Shown here piece by piece: positions 43,749 through 52,205 of a DNA stretch of 64,000 nt. Source of the stretch: Deltaproteobacteria bacterium (GTDB taxonomy: Bacteria > Desulfobacterota > Desulfovibrionia > Desulfovibrionales > Desulfovibrionaceae). Each line of letters begins with the position of its first letter. Position 1 is the first letter of the stretch. The translations under genes were made by a program, and so were the position numbers. The notes beneath the pieces were generated by a model. It did no database searches. It was not told the origin of the DNA and saw nothing but the letters and a program-made list of their open reading frames with translations. The stretch spans positions 33,165 through 97,164 of the forward strand of contig JAISOL010000070.1 of NCBI GenBank assembly GCA_031275645.1, read 5' to 3'.

Positions 43749-46442
43749 ATGAGTTCCCGCATAGTCAATTTGAATGTCAATCCCTGCAAGATGTGCATGC
43801 CGCTCGGCGTTGTAAACGCTTTTTACGGCGTAGCCGGATGCATTTGCCTCTTGCACGGCTCCCAGGGGTGCAGCACCTATATACGCCGGCACATGGCCAC
43901 CCATTACAATGAGCCGGTGGATATCGCTTCTTCCTCGCTCACCGAGGAAGGCACGGTTTTCGGCGGAGAAGGAAATCTGATCCGGGGCTTGGACAACCTG
44001 ATTGCTCTCTATCACCCCGAAGTCGTCGCCGTTGCGACAACCTGTCTGGCTGAAACCATAGGCGAGGACGTGCGGGCCATTGTCCGGGACTACCTCGCGG
44101 GCAGGCCGGATTGCCGGGTAAAAATCATCACCGTGAATTCGGCCGGTTATTCGGGAACGCGCTATGAGGGCTGGTTCCGCGCTCTGCGCGCGCTACTGGA
44201 ACAGACGGATGCGGATGCCTCAGCCCACGCCGGAGTCAACGTCGTTACCGGCCCCCTCAGTCCCGCGGACACCCGCGCTCTCAAACGTCTGCTGCGCGGC
44301 ACGGGCCTTGACTTCACGCTGCTGCCGGATATTTCCGACAATCTGGACGGAGGGTGCGGCGCGCCGTACAGCCGCCTGCCGGCCGGGGGAACCCCTCTTG
44401 CGGCAATAGCCAGGATGGCCGGCGCCCGCGCGACGCTGGAAGCGGCGACCTTCGTTCCCGAAGAGGCCTCGCCCGGACGCCTCCTGGAAGAAAAATTCGG
44501 CGTGCCCTTGTTCCGCCTCAACATGCCTGTGGGCTTGCGGGACACGGACGCTTTTCTCGCCGCCCTGGAGGAGTTGGGCGGAAGTATTCCCGCCGAGGAG
44601 CGCGAGGAACGCGCCCGCTATCTGGATGCTATGGTTGACGCGCACAAACATGTCGCTCTCGGACGGGCGGCCGTCTTCGGCGAGCCGGATCTCGTCTACG
44701 GCCTGACCCGCCTGTGCTGCGAAAACGGCCTTGTGCCCGTCGTCGCGGCCACGGGCGCCGATTGTCCGGCCCTCAAGGCGGTTCTGGAGGAAGAAATCCG
44801 TCCGGTCGCGGAAAACCTTATGCTCCAGCGCTTCAGCGTCCTGAATTTTGCCGATTTCGACGACATTGAGGCAGCGGTCGCGGCCAACGGCGCCAACCTG
44901 CTTATCGGCAGTTCCGACGGACGGCGCGCGGCTCACAGACGGAACATTCCCCTGGTGCGTTGCGCCTTTCCCGTGCATGACCACCTCGGCGGACAGCGTA
45001 TCCGCGTTCTCGGCTATGCCGGCGCGATGCGGCTGCTCGACGAATTTTCCAATGCCCTGATCTCCAACCTGGAAGCCTCCTTCCGCAAGACTATTCGCGA
45101 TCGCTGTTTCGGCGGGCGCGAGGGGAGCGCTGCCGCCGGAAAAGCGGCCGGGAGCAACAGGGCGAGAAGCGCGACGCATCCCTGCTTCTCGGAAGCCGCC
45201 GGGCATAGCTTCGCGCGCATTCATCTGCCCGTGGCCCCGGACTGCAACATCACCTGCAATTACTGCGTGCGAGCTTTCGACTGCCCCAACGAGAGCCGGC
45301 CGGGGGTTACAAGCAGGGTGCTGACGCCGGATGAAGCTCTGGAGCGCTTTCTGCGCGTCAGGGAGAGTATGCCCTCCCTCAGGGTCGCGGGCATAGCCGG
45401 GCCGGGCGACGCCCTGGCGAATTTCGAGGCAACGGCGGAAACCCTGCGCCTCATCCGGCGGGAGGATCCCGAGGTCACCTTCTGCCTCTCCACCAACGGC
45501 CTGCTCCTGCCCCTCCACGCCGCGCGGCTGGCGGAGCTGAGCGTGAGCCATGTCACCATCACGATCAATGCCGTGGATCCGGTCGTCGGCGCGCGCATTT
45601 ACAGCCAGGCCGCCTACATGGGCATGCGCTTCCGGGGCGAGGCGGCGGCGGCCATGCTGCTGTCCAATCAACTGGCCGGATTGAAGATGCTGACGGACTT
45701 GGGCGTGGTCTGCAAGGTGAACATCGTGCTCATCAAGGGCGTCAACGATACCCACGTGGAAGACGTGGTGCGCAAGGTCAAAACCTTGGGCGCGTCCATT
45801 GCCAACATTATGCAGATGATTCCGGTGCGGGGCAGCGCCTTTGAACATATGCCCATGGTCGACAACAAGACCCACGAGGCTCTGCGCGGACGCTGCGAAA
45901 GCATTCTGCCCCAGATGCGCCACTGCCGGCAGTGTCGGGCGGACGCGGTGGGGCTGCTGGGCGAGGATCAGTCCATCAGGCTGCGCGAGGCCGCGCCCGC
46001 GGCGCTCTCGTCAGTCCCCGCCGCGCCCGGCGTGGAAAGTCCCGTGAAAGTCGCTGTCGCCTCCCGTAGCGGAGTCGTGGTGGATCAGCATTTCGGATTT
46101 GCCGAGCAGTTCTACATTTATGAAAGCGACGGCCTGAGCGCGCGTCTGCTGGAAGCGCGCCGGGTGGCCGGCAAAAACGCCGGCTGTGGCGGGTGCGGGA
46201 ACCGGCCCCTGCCGGAAGGTCCGGAAGAGGTGGAAGCGGGCGGCGGCAAAATAGTCCGGGCGCTTGAAGCCGTGGCCGATTGCGGGGTCGTGGTGGCCAT
46301 GCGCATAGGCGACTCCCCCTCGAGACAACTCGCGCAAAAGGGCATTTCCGTGTTCTCGACCTACGACAGTATTGACAAAGCGGTAAAGGACGCCGTACTC
46401 CGCTGTCGGGGCGCCGCGGCCGCGGATTCCCGCTTCCTGTGA
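43749..46442 (+). CDS. nifB: NifN-NifB fusion protein: NifN scaffold, radical-SAM NifB, then a NifX-like C-terminal domain
   Basis: 897 aa. Residues 1 to ~450 are NifK/NifN-like (CMPLGVVNAFYGVAGCICLLHGSQGCSTY). A Gly/Ala/Ser linker follows. Next come HPCFSE...HLPVAPDCNITCNYCVR (CxxxCxxC radical-SAM) and SVSHVTITINAVDP. The C-terminal VKVAVASRSGVVVDQHFGFAEQFYIYE is NifX/NafY-like. Confidence 0.9.
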   Translation: MSSRIVNLNVNPCKMCMPLGVVNAFYGVAGCICLLHGSQGCSTYIRRHMATHYNEPVDIASSSLTEEGTVFGGEGNLIRGLDNLIALYHPEVVAVATTCLAETIGEDVRAIVRDYLAGRPDCRVKIITVNSAGYSGTRYEGWFRALRALLEQTDADASAHAGVNVVTGPLSPADTRALKRLLRGTGLDFTLLPDISDNLDGGCGAPYSRLPAGGTPLAAIARMAGARATLEAATFVPEEASPGRLLEEKFGVPLFRLNMPVGLRDTDAFLAALEELGGSIPAEEREERARYLDAMVDAHKHVALGRAAVFGEPDLVYGLTRLCCENGLVPVVAATGADCPALKAVLEEEIRPVAENLMLQRFSVLNFADFDDIEAAVAANGANLLIGSSDGRRAAHRRNIPLVRCAFPVHDHLGGQRIRVLGYAGAMRLLDEFSNALISNLEASFRKTIRDRCFGGREGSAAAGKAAGSNRARSATHPCFSEAAGHSFARIHLPVAPDCNITCNYCVRAFDCPNESRPGVTSRVLTPDEALERFLRVRESMPSLRVAGIAGPGDALANFEATAETLRLIRREDPEVTFCLSTNGLLLPLHAARLAELSVSHVTITINAVDPVVGARIYSQAAYMGMRFRGEAAAAMLLSNQLAGLKMLTDLGVVCKVNIVLIKGVNDTHVEDVVRKVKTLGASIANIMQMIPVRGSAFEHMPMVDNKTHEALRGRCESILPQMRHCRQCRADAVGLLGEDQSIRLREAAPAALSSVPAAPGVESPVKVAVASRSGVVVDQHFGFAEQFYIYESDGLSARLLEARRVAGKNAGCGGCGNRPLPEGPEEVEAGGGKIVRALEAVADCGVVVAMRIGDSPSRQLAQKGISVFSTYDSIDKAVKDAVLRCRGAAAADSRFL

Positions 46443-46453
46443 TTTGAGGCCGC

Positions 46454-47329
46454 ATGAGGATTACGGACGTCACCCTCGCCTGTCTTCGCGCCGCCGGCCG
46501 CGCCGCCGGCGCTGAAGAGGTGGATCTTTGGCGCGGCCTGCTGCTGGCCGCCGGCGCGGACCGCATTGAGGACGGGCCTGCCTCCGGCGGGTGCATAGCT
46601 CTTTACCGGGCAAGCTCTCTGGACTTTGAGCCGGAAGAGCTTGCGGCTTTTGCGGATTCCGGTCGGCGCCTGCGTATTTTCGGCTTGGACGACGCCCTGT
46701 CGCGCGAGGATTACCGCGCTTTCCTGGCCCGGCTGCGGCAAAGCGGCCTTCCCCTGGAGCCTGCTTTCGGCAACGCTTTCGGTTGTGCAACGGCTTTGGG
46801 CCTGACCTGGCTTGAGGAAGGAGGGGAAGGGCTGGTCTGCTCTTTTGCGGGCATAGGCAATCTGGCCCCGCTGGAAGAAATACTTACGGCCCTGCATATT
46901 TTCGGCCTCAGACAATCTTCCGGCCTGCATGTCCTGCCCCGGGCGCTTGCTCTCTTCAGCCGCCTCGGCGGCCTGGAACGCGTGTCCGTGGGAGAGAGCA
47001 AAGCCGTTCTCGGCCGTCTCCTCTTCACCGTGGAATCCGGCGTTCATGTGGACGGGCTGCTCAAGGACGCGGCCCTGTATGAGCCCTTTGCGCCGGAACT
47101 GGTCGGGGCGGAGCGGCGCCTCGCGCTCGGCGCCTATTCCGGACGCAGCGCGGTGCGCCTGCGTTGCTCCCTGGCCGGTCTGCCCTGCGCGGAGGGGCAG
47201 GAGGCGGAACTCGCGCGGGCCGTGCGCGCGCAGGGCCGCAGATGCGGCCGCTGTCTTGAGGACGATGAATTCTTCGCTCTGTACGAGCGGGTCTGCGGGA
47301 GGCGCCATGCGGATGTTGCGGGTGCTTGA
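46454..47329 (+). CDS. nifV: Homocitrate synthase omega-type subunit: degenerate barrel plus the conserved C-terminal region
   Basis: 291 aa. It retains GNLAPLEEI and ESGVHVDGLLKDAALYEPFAPELVG. It lacks the LRDGxQ motif (has RITDVTLACLRAAG) and the HxHNDxG metal motif (has AFGNAFGCA). Confidence 0.7.
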   Translation: MRITDVTLACLRAAGRAAGAEEVDLWRGLLLAAGADRIEDGPASGGCIALYRASSLDFEPEELAAFADSGRRLRIFGLDDALSREDYRAFLARLRQSGLPLEPAFGNAFGCATALGLTWLEEGGEGLVCSFAGIGNLAPLEEILTALHIFGLRQSSGLHVLPRALALFSRLGGLERVSVGESKAVLGRLLFTVESGVHVDGLLKDAALYEPFAPELVGAERRLALGAYSGRSAVRLRCSLAGLPCAEGQEAELARAVRAQGRRCGRCLEDDEFFALYERVCGRRHADVAGA

Positions 47330-48164
47330 CGTGACGCTCCGCGACGGAGCGCAGGCGCCGGGTTTTTTCTTTTCGCGGGAAAACAAGGTCCGTCTGGCGC
47401 GCTTGCTGGACGCCGCGGGCGTGAGCTGGATCGAAGCCGGCATTCCCGGCATGGGAAAAGAAGAGCGGGGTGATATACGCGCCGTAAAACAGGCCTGCTC
47501 TTCGGCGCGCGTTTCCACCTGGAACAGGGCGCGGCGCGAGGATATCGAGGCGGCGTTGGACTGCGGGGCGGATCTTCTGCATATCTGCATGCCGGTTTCC
47601 AAACTCCATATCCTGAAAAAATTGGGGATGAACCCGGAGGAAGCCGCGGCCGGCTATCTGAAATGCGCGGCCAGGGCCTGCGGCCGGGGCGCGGCGGTAA
47701 GCGCCGGTTTTGAGGATGCCTCGCGGGCCGATGAGGGCTTTATGCTGCGCCTAGCGCTCTCTCTGGCGGAAGAGGGCGTAAGCAGGATACGGATCAGCGA
47801 TACGGTGGGGGTACTGACCCCCTTGCGCGCCGCCTCTCTGGTACGTCTGCTCGCGGCGGCCGTGCCGGAGCTGGAAATCCATGCCCACAACGATCTGGGC
47901 ATGGCGGAAGCCAATTCCCTGTGCGCCGCTCTGGCCGGCGCGACTTACGTGAATACCAGCGTATTGGGTATAGGCGAGCGGGCGGGCAACTGCGGTCTGG
48001 CGCGGTTTACGCGCCTTGCCGCCCGTTGCGCTCTGTTCGCGTTGGATCTTGGCGAAGAAGAGGCCGCGCGCGTGGAACGGGAAGCCGCCCCGCTCCTGCG
48101 GCGCGACGAGGCGCTTTTATCGGGAAGGAGCGGGGTATGGAATATGCGTCGGTTGCCGTTATAA
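47307..48164 (+). CDS. nifV: Homocitrate synthase alpha-type subunit: catalytic HMGL-like TIM barrel only
   Basis: 285 aa from ATG 47307, overlapping the previous gene by 23 nt. It has RVLDVTLRDGAQAPG, EIHAHNDLGMAEAN and GIGERAGN. It lacks the ESGIHxDG region. The track start at 46929 is rejected. Confidence 0.8.
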   Translation: MRMLRVLDVTLRDGAQAPGFFFSRENKVRLARLLDAAGVSWIEAGIPGMGKEERGDIRAVKQACSSARVSTWNRARREDIEAALDCGADLLHICMPVSKLHILKKLGMNPEEAAAGYLKCAARACGRGAAVSAGFEDASRADEGFMLRLALSLAEEGVSRIRISDTVGVLTPLRAASLVRLLAAAVPELEIHAHNDLGMAEANSLCAALAGATYVNTSVLGIGERAGNCGLARFTRLAARCALFALDLGEEEAARVEREAAPLLRRDEALLSGRSGVWNMRRLPL

Positions 48165-48751
48165 GCGACAGGCAGGGCAAACCCGTGCGCTTTGCCGGCG
48201 ACGCGCTCGCTCTTATTTACCGTAAAGAAAACGGAGTCTGGGCGCATTCCGGGACAGTCCCCTTTTGCATCGGAGAGAAGGCGACGCCGGCCCGGCTGCG
48301 CGAAAGCCTGCGCGACTTCATCGCCGCGCTTGGGGAGACGCGCGTTCTGATCGCCGCCTCCATAAGCGGTCTCGCGTATTCCGTGCTGGATCAACGCGGT
48401 TTCCGCCTTTGTACGCTGGACGCCTTTGACCCGGAGTGTCTTGACGCTCTCATGGAAGCCCTCAATGCCCCTCCCGAAGATCCGGCCGTGGAGAATCGTC
48501 CGACGGCGGCCGGCGATCCCGGCGTCTACGAATGCGATCTGACTTTGATGCTGCGGGAATATCCAGAACTTTCCTCCAAAAAGATTCTGCTCCCCTTTCT
48601 GGATGCGGCCGCCTTTGCCGAGTTGCGTATCACCTGCGGCCATGTGCCGCCCTGGCTGCCGCCGGAGCTGAAAAGGCGGGGTTTCGTCCATGAGGTATAC
48701 GACCTTGAGGACGGCAAAGCGCTTCTGCGCGTTTACCCCGCGCCGCGCTGA
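48137..48751 (+). CDS. Uncharacterised nif-operon terminal protein with a possible NifX/AnfO-like N-terminal half
   Basis: 204 aa. The RBS ggaaggag lies 6 nt upstream of ATG 48137. It overlaps nifV-alpha by 28 nt. The N-terminus YASVAVISDRQGKPVRFAGDALALIYRKENG echoes the NifB C-terminal domain pattern found in this same window. Confidence 0.55.
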   Translation: MEYASVAVISDRQGKPVRFAGDALALIYRKENGVWAHSGTVPFCIGEKATPARLRESLRDFIAALGETRVLIAASISGLAYSVLDQRGFRLCTLDAFDPECLDALMEALNAPPEDPAVENRPTAAGDPGVYECDLTLMLREYPELSSKKILLPFLDAAAFAELRITCGHVPPWLPPELKRRGFVHEVYDLEDGKALLRVYPAPR

Positions 48752-48773
48752 AGCTTCCCAGGCAACGCCCTTT

Positions 48774-49757
48774 TTATGCGCCGCGCCAGGAAAAGTCTTT
48801 CAGGTAGCCGTTGACAAAGGCGGCGGCGTCCATGCTCCGGCCTCCGGCGGGTTTGAGCAGCTCGACGCCGTACAGGGCATCGGAGCAGACCAGGGGCAGA
48901 AGGCCGCGGCGCAGGGGGAGGACAGTTCCGGGAGCGGACAGGGAGGCGATTTTTCTGTCTTCCTCCTCTTCCAGGGGACGGCCTTTTTGGACCAGGAGAG
49001 AGAGGGGCGGGCGGGGAGAATCTCCCGCCGGCGTTTGAGCGCGCAGGCTGAGCCGCGCGCCGGGCCGGGGGCTGAAGGCGCGCACCCGGTTGTGCGTCTC
49101 GTTGGCGCTTTCGCTGAAAACCAGCGCGCCCTCGCTTTTCTCAAGCTTGGGAGCGTAGGTGGCCCTGGATTCATCCTGGGGCACGGCCGTCAGGCCGCCC
49201 GCCTGAAGTCTCTTCAGGGCTTCCGCCAGGAGTCTGCCTCCTAGTTCGGCCAGTTCGTCGTGCACTTCCCCGGCGTTCTGCTCGAAACCTATGGCCAGAG
49301 CCCGCTGGAGCAGTATGGGGCCGCTGTCCAGCTTCAATTCCACGCGCATGATGCTGATGCCGGTGCGCTTGTCCCCATTGAGCACGGCGCGCTGAATGGG
49401 CGCGGCTCCGCGGTATTCCGGCAGCAGCGAGGCATGCACGTTCAGAACTCCCAGAGGAGGCAGATCCAGCACGGCCCGCGGCAGGAGTAGCCCGTAAGCG
49501 GCCACCGCGAAGAGATCCGCCCGCAGCCCGGCCAGGACAGCGAGTTCCTCCGCCGCTTTGAAATTCTCCGGCTGAAACACCGGGAGGCCTTGTTCCAGAG
49601 CCAGCCTTTTTACCGGACAGCTTTGCAGTTTTTTTCCCCGCCCGGCGGGGCGATCCGGGCGGCAGTACGCCGCGAGGACTTCCACTCCGGGCAGGCCCAG
49701 CAGGGCGCGCAAAGAGACGGCCGCGAAGTCCGGGGTGCCCATGAAAACGAGCTTCAA
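48774..49757 (-). CDS. fmt: Methionyl-tRNA formyltransferase
   Basis: MKLVFMGTPDFAAVSL, the NVHASLLPEYRGAAPIQRA motif, and an ATGA overlap with def. Confidence 0.93.
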   Translation of the reverse strand: MKLVFMGTPDFAAVSLRALLGLPGVEVLAAYCRPDRPAGRGKKLQSCPVKRLALEQGLPVFQPENFKAAEELAVLAGLRADLFAVAAYGLLLPRAVLDLPPLGVLNVHASLLPEYRGAAPIQRAVLNGDKRTGISIMRVELKLDSGPILLQRALAIGFEQNAGEVHDELAELGGRLLAEALKRLQAGGLTAVPQDESRATYAPKLEKSEGALVFSESANETHNRVRAFSPRPGARLSLRAQTPAGDSPRPPLSLLVQKGRPLEEEEDRKIASLSAPGTVLPLRRGLLPLVCSDALYGVELLKPAGGRSMDAAAFVNGYLKDFSWRGA

Positions 49758-50266
49758 GAATTTTCCTCTTTCAGGAGTTTTTTGCGTTTGTGGGCGTAAA
49801 GGTTGCGCTTGAGACGGCTGAGATGATCCAGAAAAAGGATTCCCTCCAGATGATCGTATTCATGCTGCAGGCAGATGGCCTTGACCTCGTCCGCCTCTTC
49901 GGTGAAGGGGATTCCTTCAAGATTCAGGGCCTTGACCCTCACCCTGGCTCCGCGTTTCACCGGAGCGCGCAAATCCGGCACAGAGAGGCAGCCTTCCTCG
50001 GATTCGGTCTTTTCGTCATCCAGTATTTCCAACTCCGGATTGATATATACGGTCGCGCCTTCCCGCAGGGAAGGGCCGCTGAGATCGATGACGAGCAGGC
50101 GCAGGGGGCGGTTCACCTGGGGGGCGGCCAGGCCTATGCCCTCCTCGGCGTACATGGTTTCCACCATATCCCTGGCCAGGGTCCGTATTTCTTCAGTGAT
50201 CTCCGCCACGGGCTCGCTTTTGCGCCGCAAACGCGCATCCGGATATTTCAGCAGTTCAAGCTTCAT
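49754..50266 (-). CDS. def: Peptide deformylase
   Basis: The three deformylase motifs GIGLAAPQV, EGCLSVP and HEYDHLEG. Confidence 0.95.
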   Translation of the reverse strand: MKLELLKYPDARLRRKSEPVAEITEEIRTLARDMVETMYAEEGIGLAAPQVNRPLRLLVIDLSGPSLREGATVYINPELEILDDEKTESEEGCLSVPDLRAPVKRGARVRVKALNLEGIPFTEEADEVKAICLQHEYDHLEGILFLDHLSRLKRNLYAHKRKKLLKEENS

Positions 50267-52121
50267 TTTTCCCGGCCTCGGAAGCGCGCGCGGGGGAGGC
50301 GCCCTCTATCCTCACGCCCAGCTCGCGCAACTGCCCCGGTTCCACTTCCGCCGGAGCCCGGGTGAGCAGGCAGACGCCTTTCTGGGTTTTGGGGAAGGCG
50401 ATGACGTCGCGTATGGATCCGGAGCCGGTGATGAGCATGGCCAGACGGTCAAAACCGAAGGCAATGCCTCCATGAGGCGGAGCCCCCTGCTCCAGGGCGC
50501 GCAGAAGAAAGCCGAAGCGCTCTTCGGCCTGGGCCGGGGTAAAGCCCAGCGCCCGGAACATCAGGCGCTGGGTCTCGGCATTGTGGTTGCGTATGGAGCC
50601 GCCGCCTATTTCCACCCCGTTCAGCACCAGATCATAGGCCCTGGCCTCCACTTCTTCCGGCCTGTCCGGCAGAAAGGCGGCATGATCGGGCCGGGGCTGG
50701 GTGAAAGGATGATGGCAGGCCACATGGCGCTTTTCTTCGGCGCTGTATTCAAACATGGGGAAATTGGTCACCCAGAGAAAATTGAGAAGAGTGTCGTCCA
50801 TAAGGCCGAAATCTCTGCCCAGGCGCAGGCGCAGGTTGCCCAGCACGGCGTTGACCGTGTCCGGCTCCCCGGCCTGAAAGAAGACGATATCGCCATCCTC
50901 CAGGGAAAGTTTCCCAGTGAGGGCCGCCCGTTCCGTTTCGTTTAAAAATTTGGCGACGGGCGATTGCCACTCCGCCGGGCGGATCTTGATCCAGGCCAGC
51001 CCCTGGGCTCCGTAAATCCTGGCGAATTCCGTGTAATCGTCTATTTCCTTGCGTGAAAGTCTCTCTCCGCCGCTCACCTTGAAGGCTTTGATCAGTTTCG
51101 CGGAGGAAAAGAGGCGGAAGGAACTGCCGCGCAGCAGGGAGGTGACGTCGTGCAGCAGGAGGCCGAAACGGGTATCCGGCTTGTCCAGGCCGTAGTCCCG
51201 CATGGCTTCGGCATGGGTCAGGCGCGGAAAAGGAGGCTCAGGAGAGCGGCCCAGGGCCTCTTTGAACAGGCGGGAGATCAATCCTTCGGCCAGGTTCAGG
51301 ATATCTTCCTCCTCCACGAAAGACATTTCTATGTCGATCTGCGAAAACTCCGGCTGCCGGTCGGCGCGCAGATCTTCATCCCTGAAGCAGCGGGCCAGTT
51401 GAAAATATTTTTCCAGACCGCCCACCATGAGCAACTGCTTGAACAACTGCGGCGATTGGGGCAAGGCGTAAAATTCGCCCCGGTTCACCCGGCTGGGCAC
51501 CAGAAAATCCCGCGCTCCTTCAGGGGTTGAGCGGGTCAGCAAAGGAGTGTCCACCTCGATGAATCCCTGCTCGTCCAGATAGCGGCGCACGCTCTGGGCC
51601 ATTTTGTGCCGGACGCGCAGATTCCTGAGCATGCGCGGACGCCGCAGATCCAGGTAACGGTATTCCAGGCGCAGATTTTCCGCCGGTTCCAGGCGATCGT
51701 CCGGCATAAAAGCCGGGGTGTGCGAAGTATTGAGCAGCTTCCAGGCCGCGGCCACCACCTCAATGGCCCCGGTGCGCAACTGGGGATTTTCCATGCCCTC
51801 CGGGCGGGCGCGCACATAGCCCTTGACCGCGAGCACGTATTCCACGCGCAGCACATGCGCCTTTTCGTGCGCTGCCGGCGCTATTTCCGGGCTGAAAACA
51901 ATCTGGGTAAGCCCCTCCCGGTCGCGCAGGTCCACAAAGATCAGTCCGCCGTGATCCCGCCTGAACTGCACCCAGCCCATCAGGCAGACCTCTTTCCGCA
52001 AATCGTCCAGACCCAGTTCGCAGCAATGGTGCGTGCGTTTCCAGCCGCCCAGAGCCTCCGCCAGCTTCTGGTGTTCCAGTTGAATATGCCTGTCCGCGCC
52101 GGGATCCGTGATTATTTCCAT
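50256..52121 (-). CDS. aspS: Aspartyl-tRNA synthetase
   Basis: 621 aa, with an OB-fold N-terminus (GWVQFRRDHGGLIFVDLRD) and class II motifs FRDEDLRADRQPEF and GGIAFGFDR. Confidence 0.93.
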   Translation of the reverse strand: MEIITDPGADRHIQLEHQKLAEALGGWKRTHHCCELGLDDLRKEVCLMGWVQFRRDHGGLIFVDLRDREGLTQIVFSPEIAPAAHEKAHVLRVEYVLAVKGYVRARPEGMENPQLRTGAIEVVAAAWKLLNTSHTPAFMPDDRLEPAENLRLEYRYLDLRRPRMLRNLRVRHKMAQSVRRYLDEQGFIEVDTPLLTRSTPEGARDFLVPSRVNRGEFYALPQSPQLFKQLLMVGGLEKYFQLARCFRDEDLRADRQPEFSQIDIEMSFVEEEDILNLAEGLISRLFKEALGRSPEPPFPRLTHAEAMRDYGLDKPDTRFGLLLHDVTSLLRGSSFRLFSSAKLIKAFKVSGGERLSRKEIDDYTEFARIYGAQGLAWIKIRPAEWQSPVAKFLNETERAALTGKLSLEDGDIVFFQAGEPDTVNAVLGNLRLRLGRDFGLMDDTLLNFLWVTNFPMFEYSAEEKRHVACHHPFTQPRPDHAAFLPDRPEEVEARAYDLVLNGVEIGGGSIRNHNAETQRLMFRALGFTPAQAEERFGFLLRALEQGAPPHGGIAFGFDRLAMLITGSGSIRDVIAFPKTQKGVCLLTRAPAEVEPGQLRELGVRIEGASPARASEAGKNEA

Positions 52122-52205
52122 ATTTGTCCCATTAGTTAAAGCATCTCAAGCTCAGAGAGTTCCCTCTTTGACGTCGCGCGTCCCTGTACTTCCCGCTCCG
52201 GTTCC

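Noticed and set aside
41831-43798. 655-aa minus-strand ORF antisense to nifK/nifE. Similar ORFs: 44220-45923 (567 aa), 46361-47602 (413 aa) and 35851-37299 (482 aa).
   Set aside because: All lie opposite genes with strong motif support (nifK, nifE, nifN-B, nifV, hynA). The products lack recognisable motifs and have the skewed composition typical of antisense frames in GC-rich DNA.
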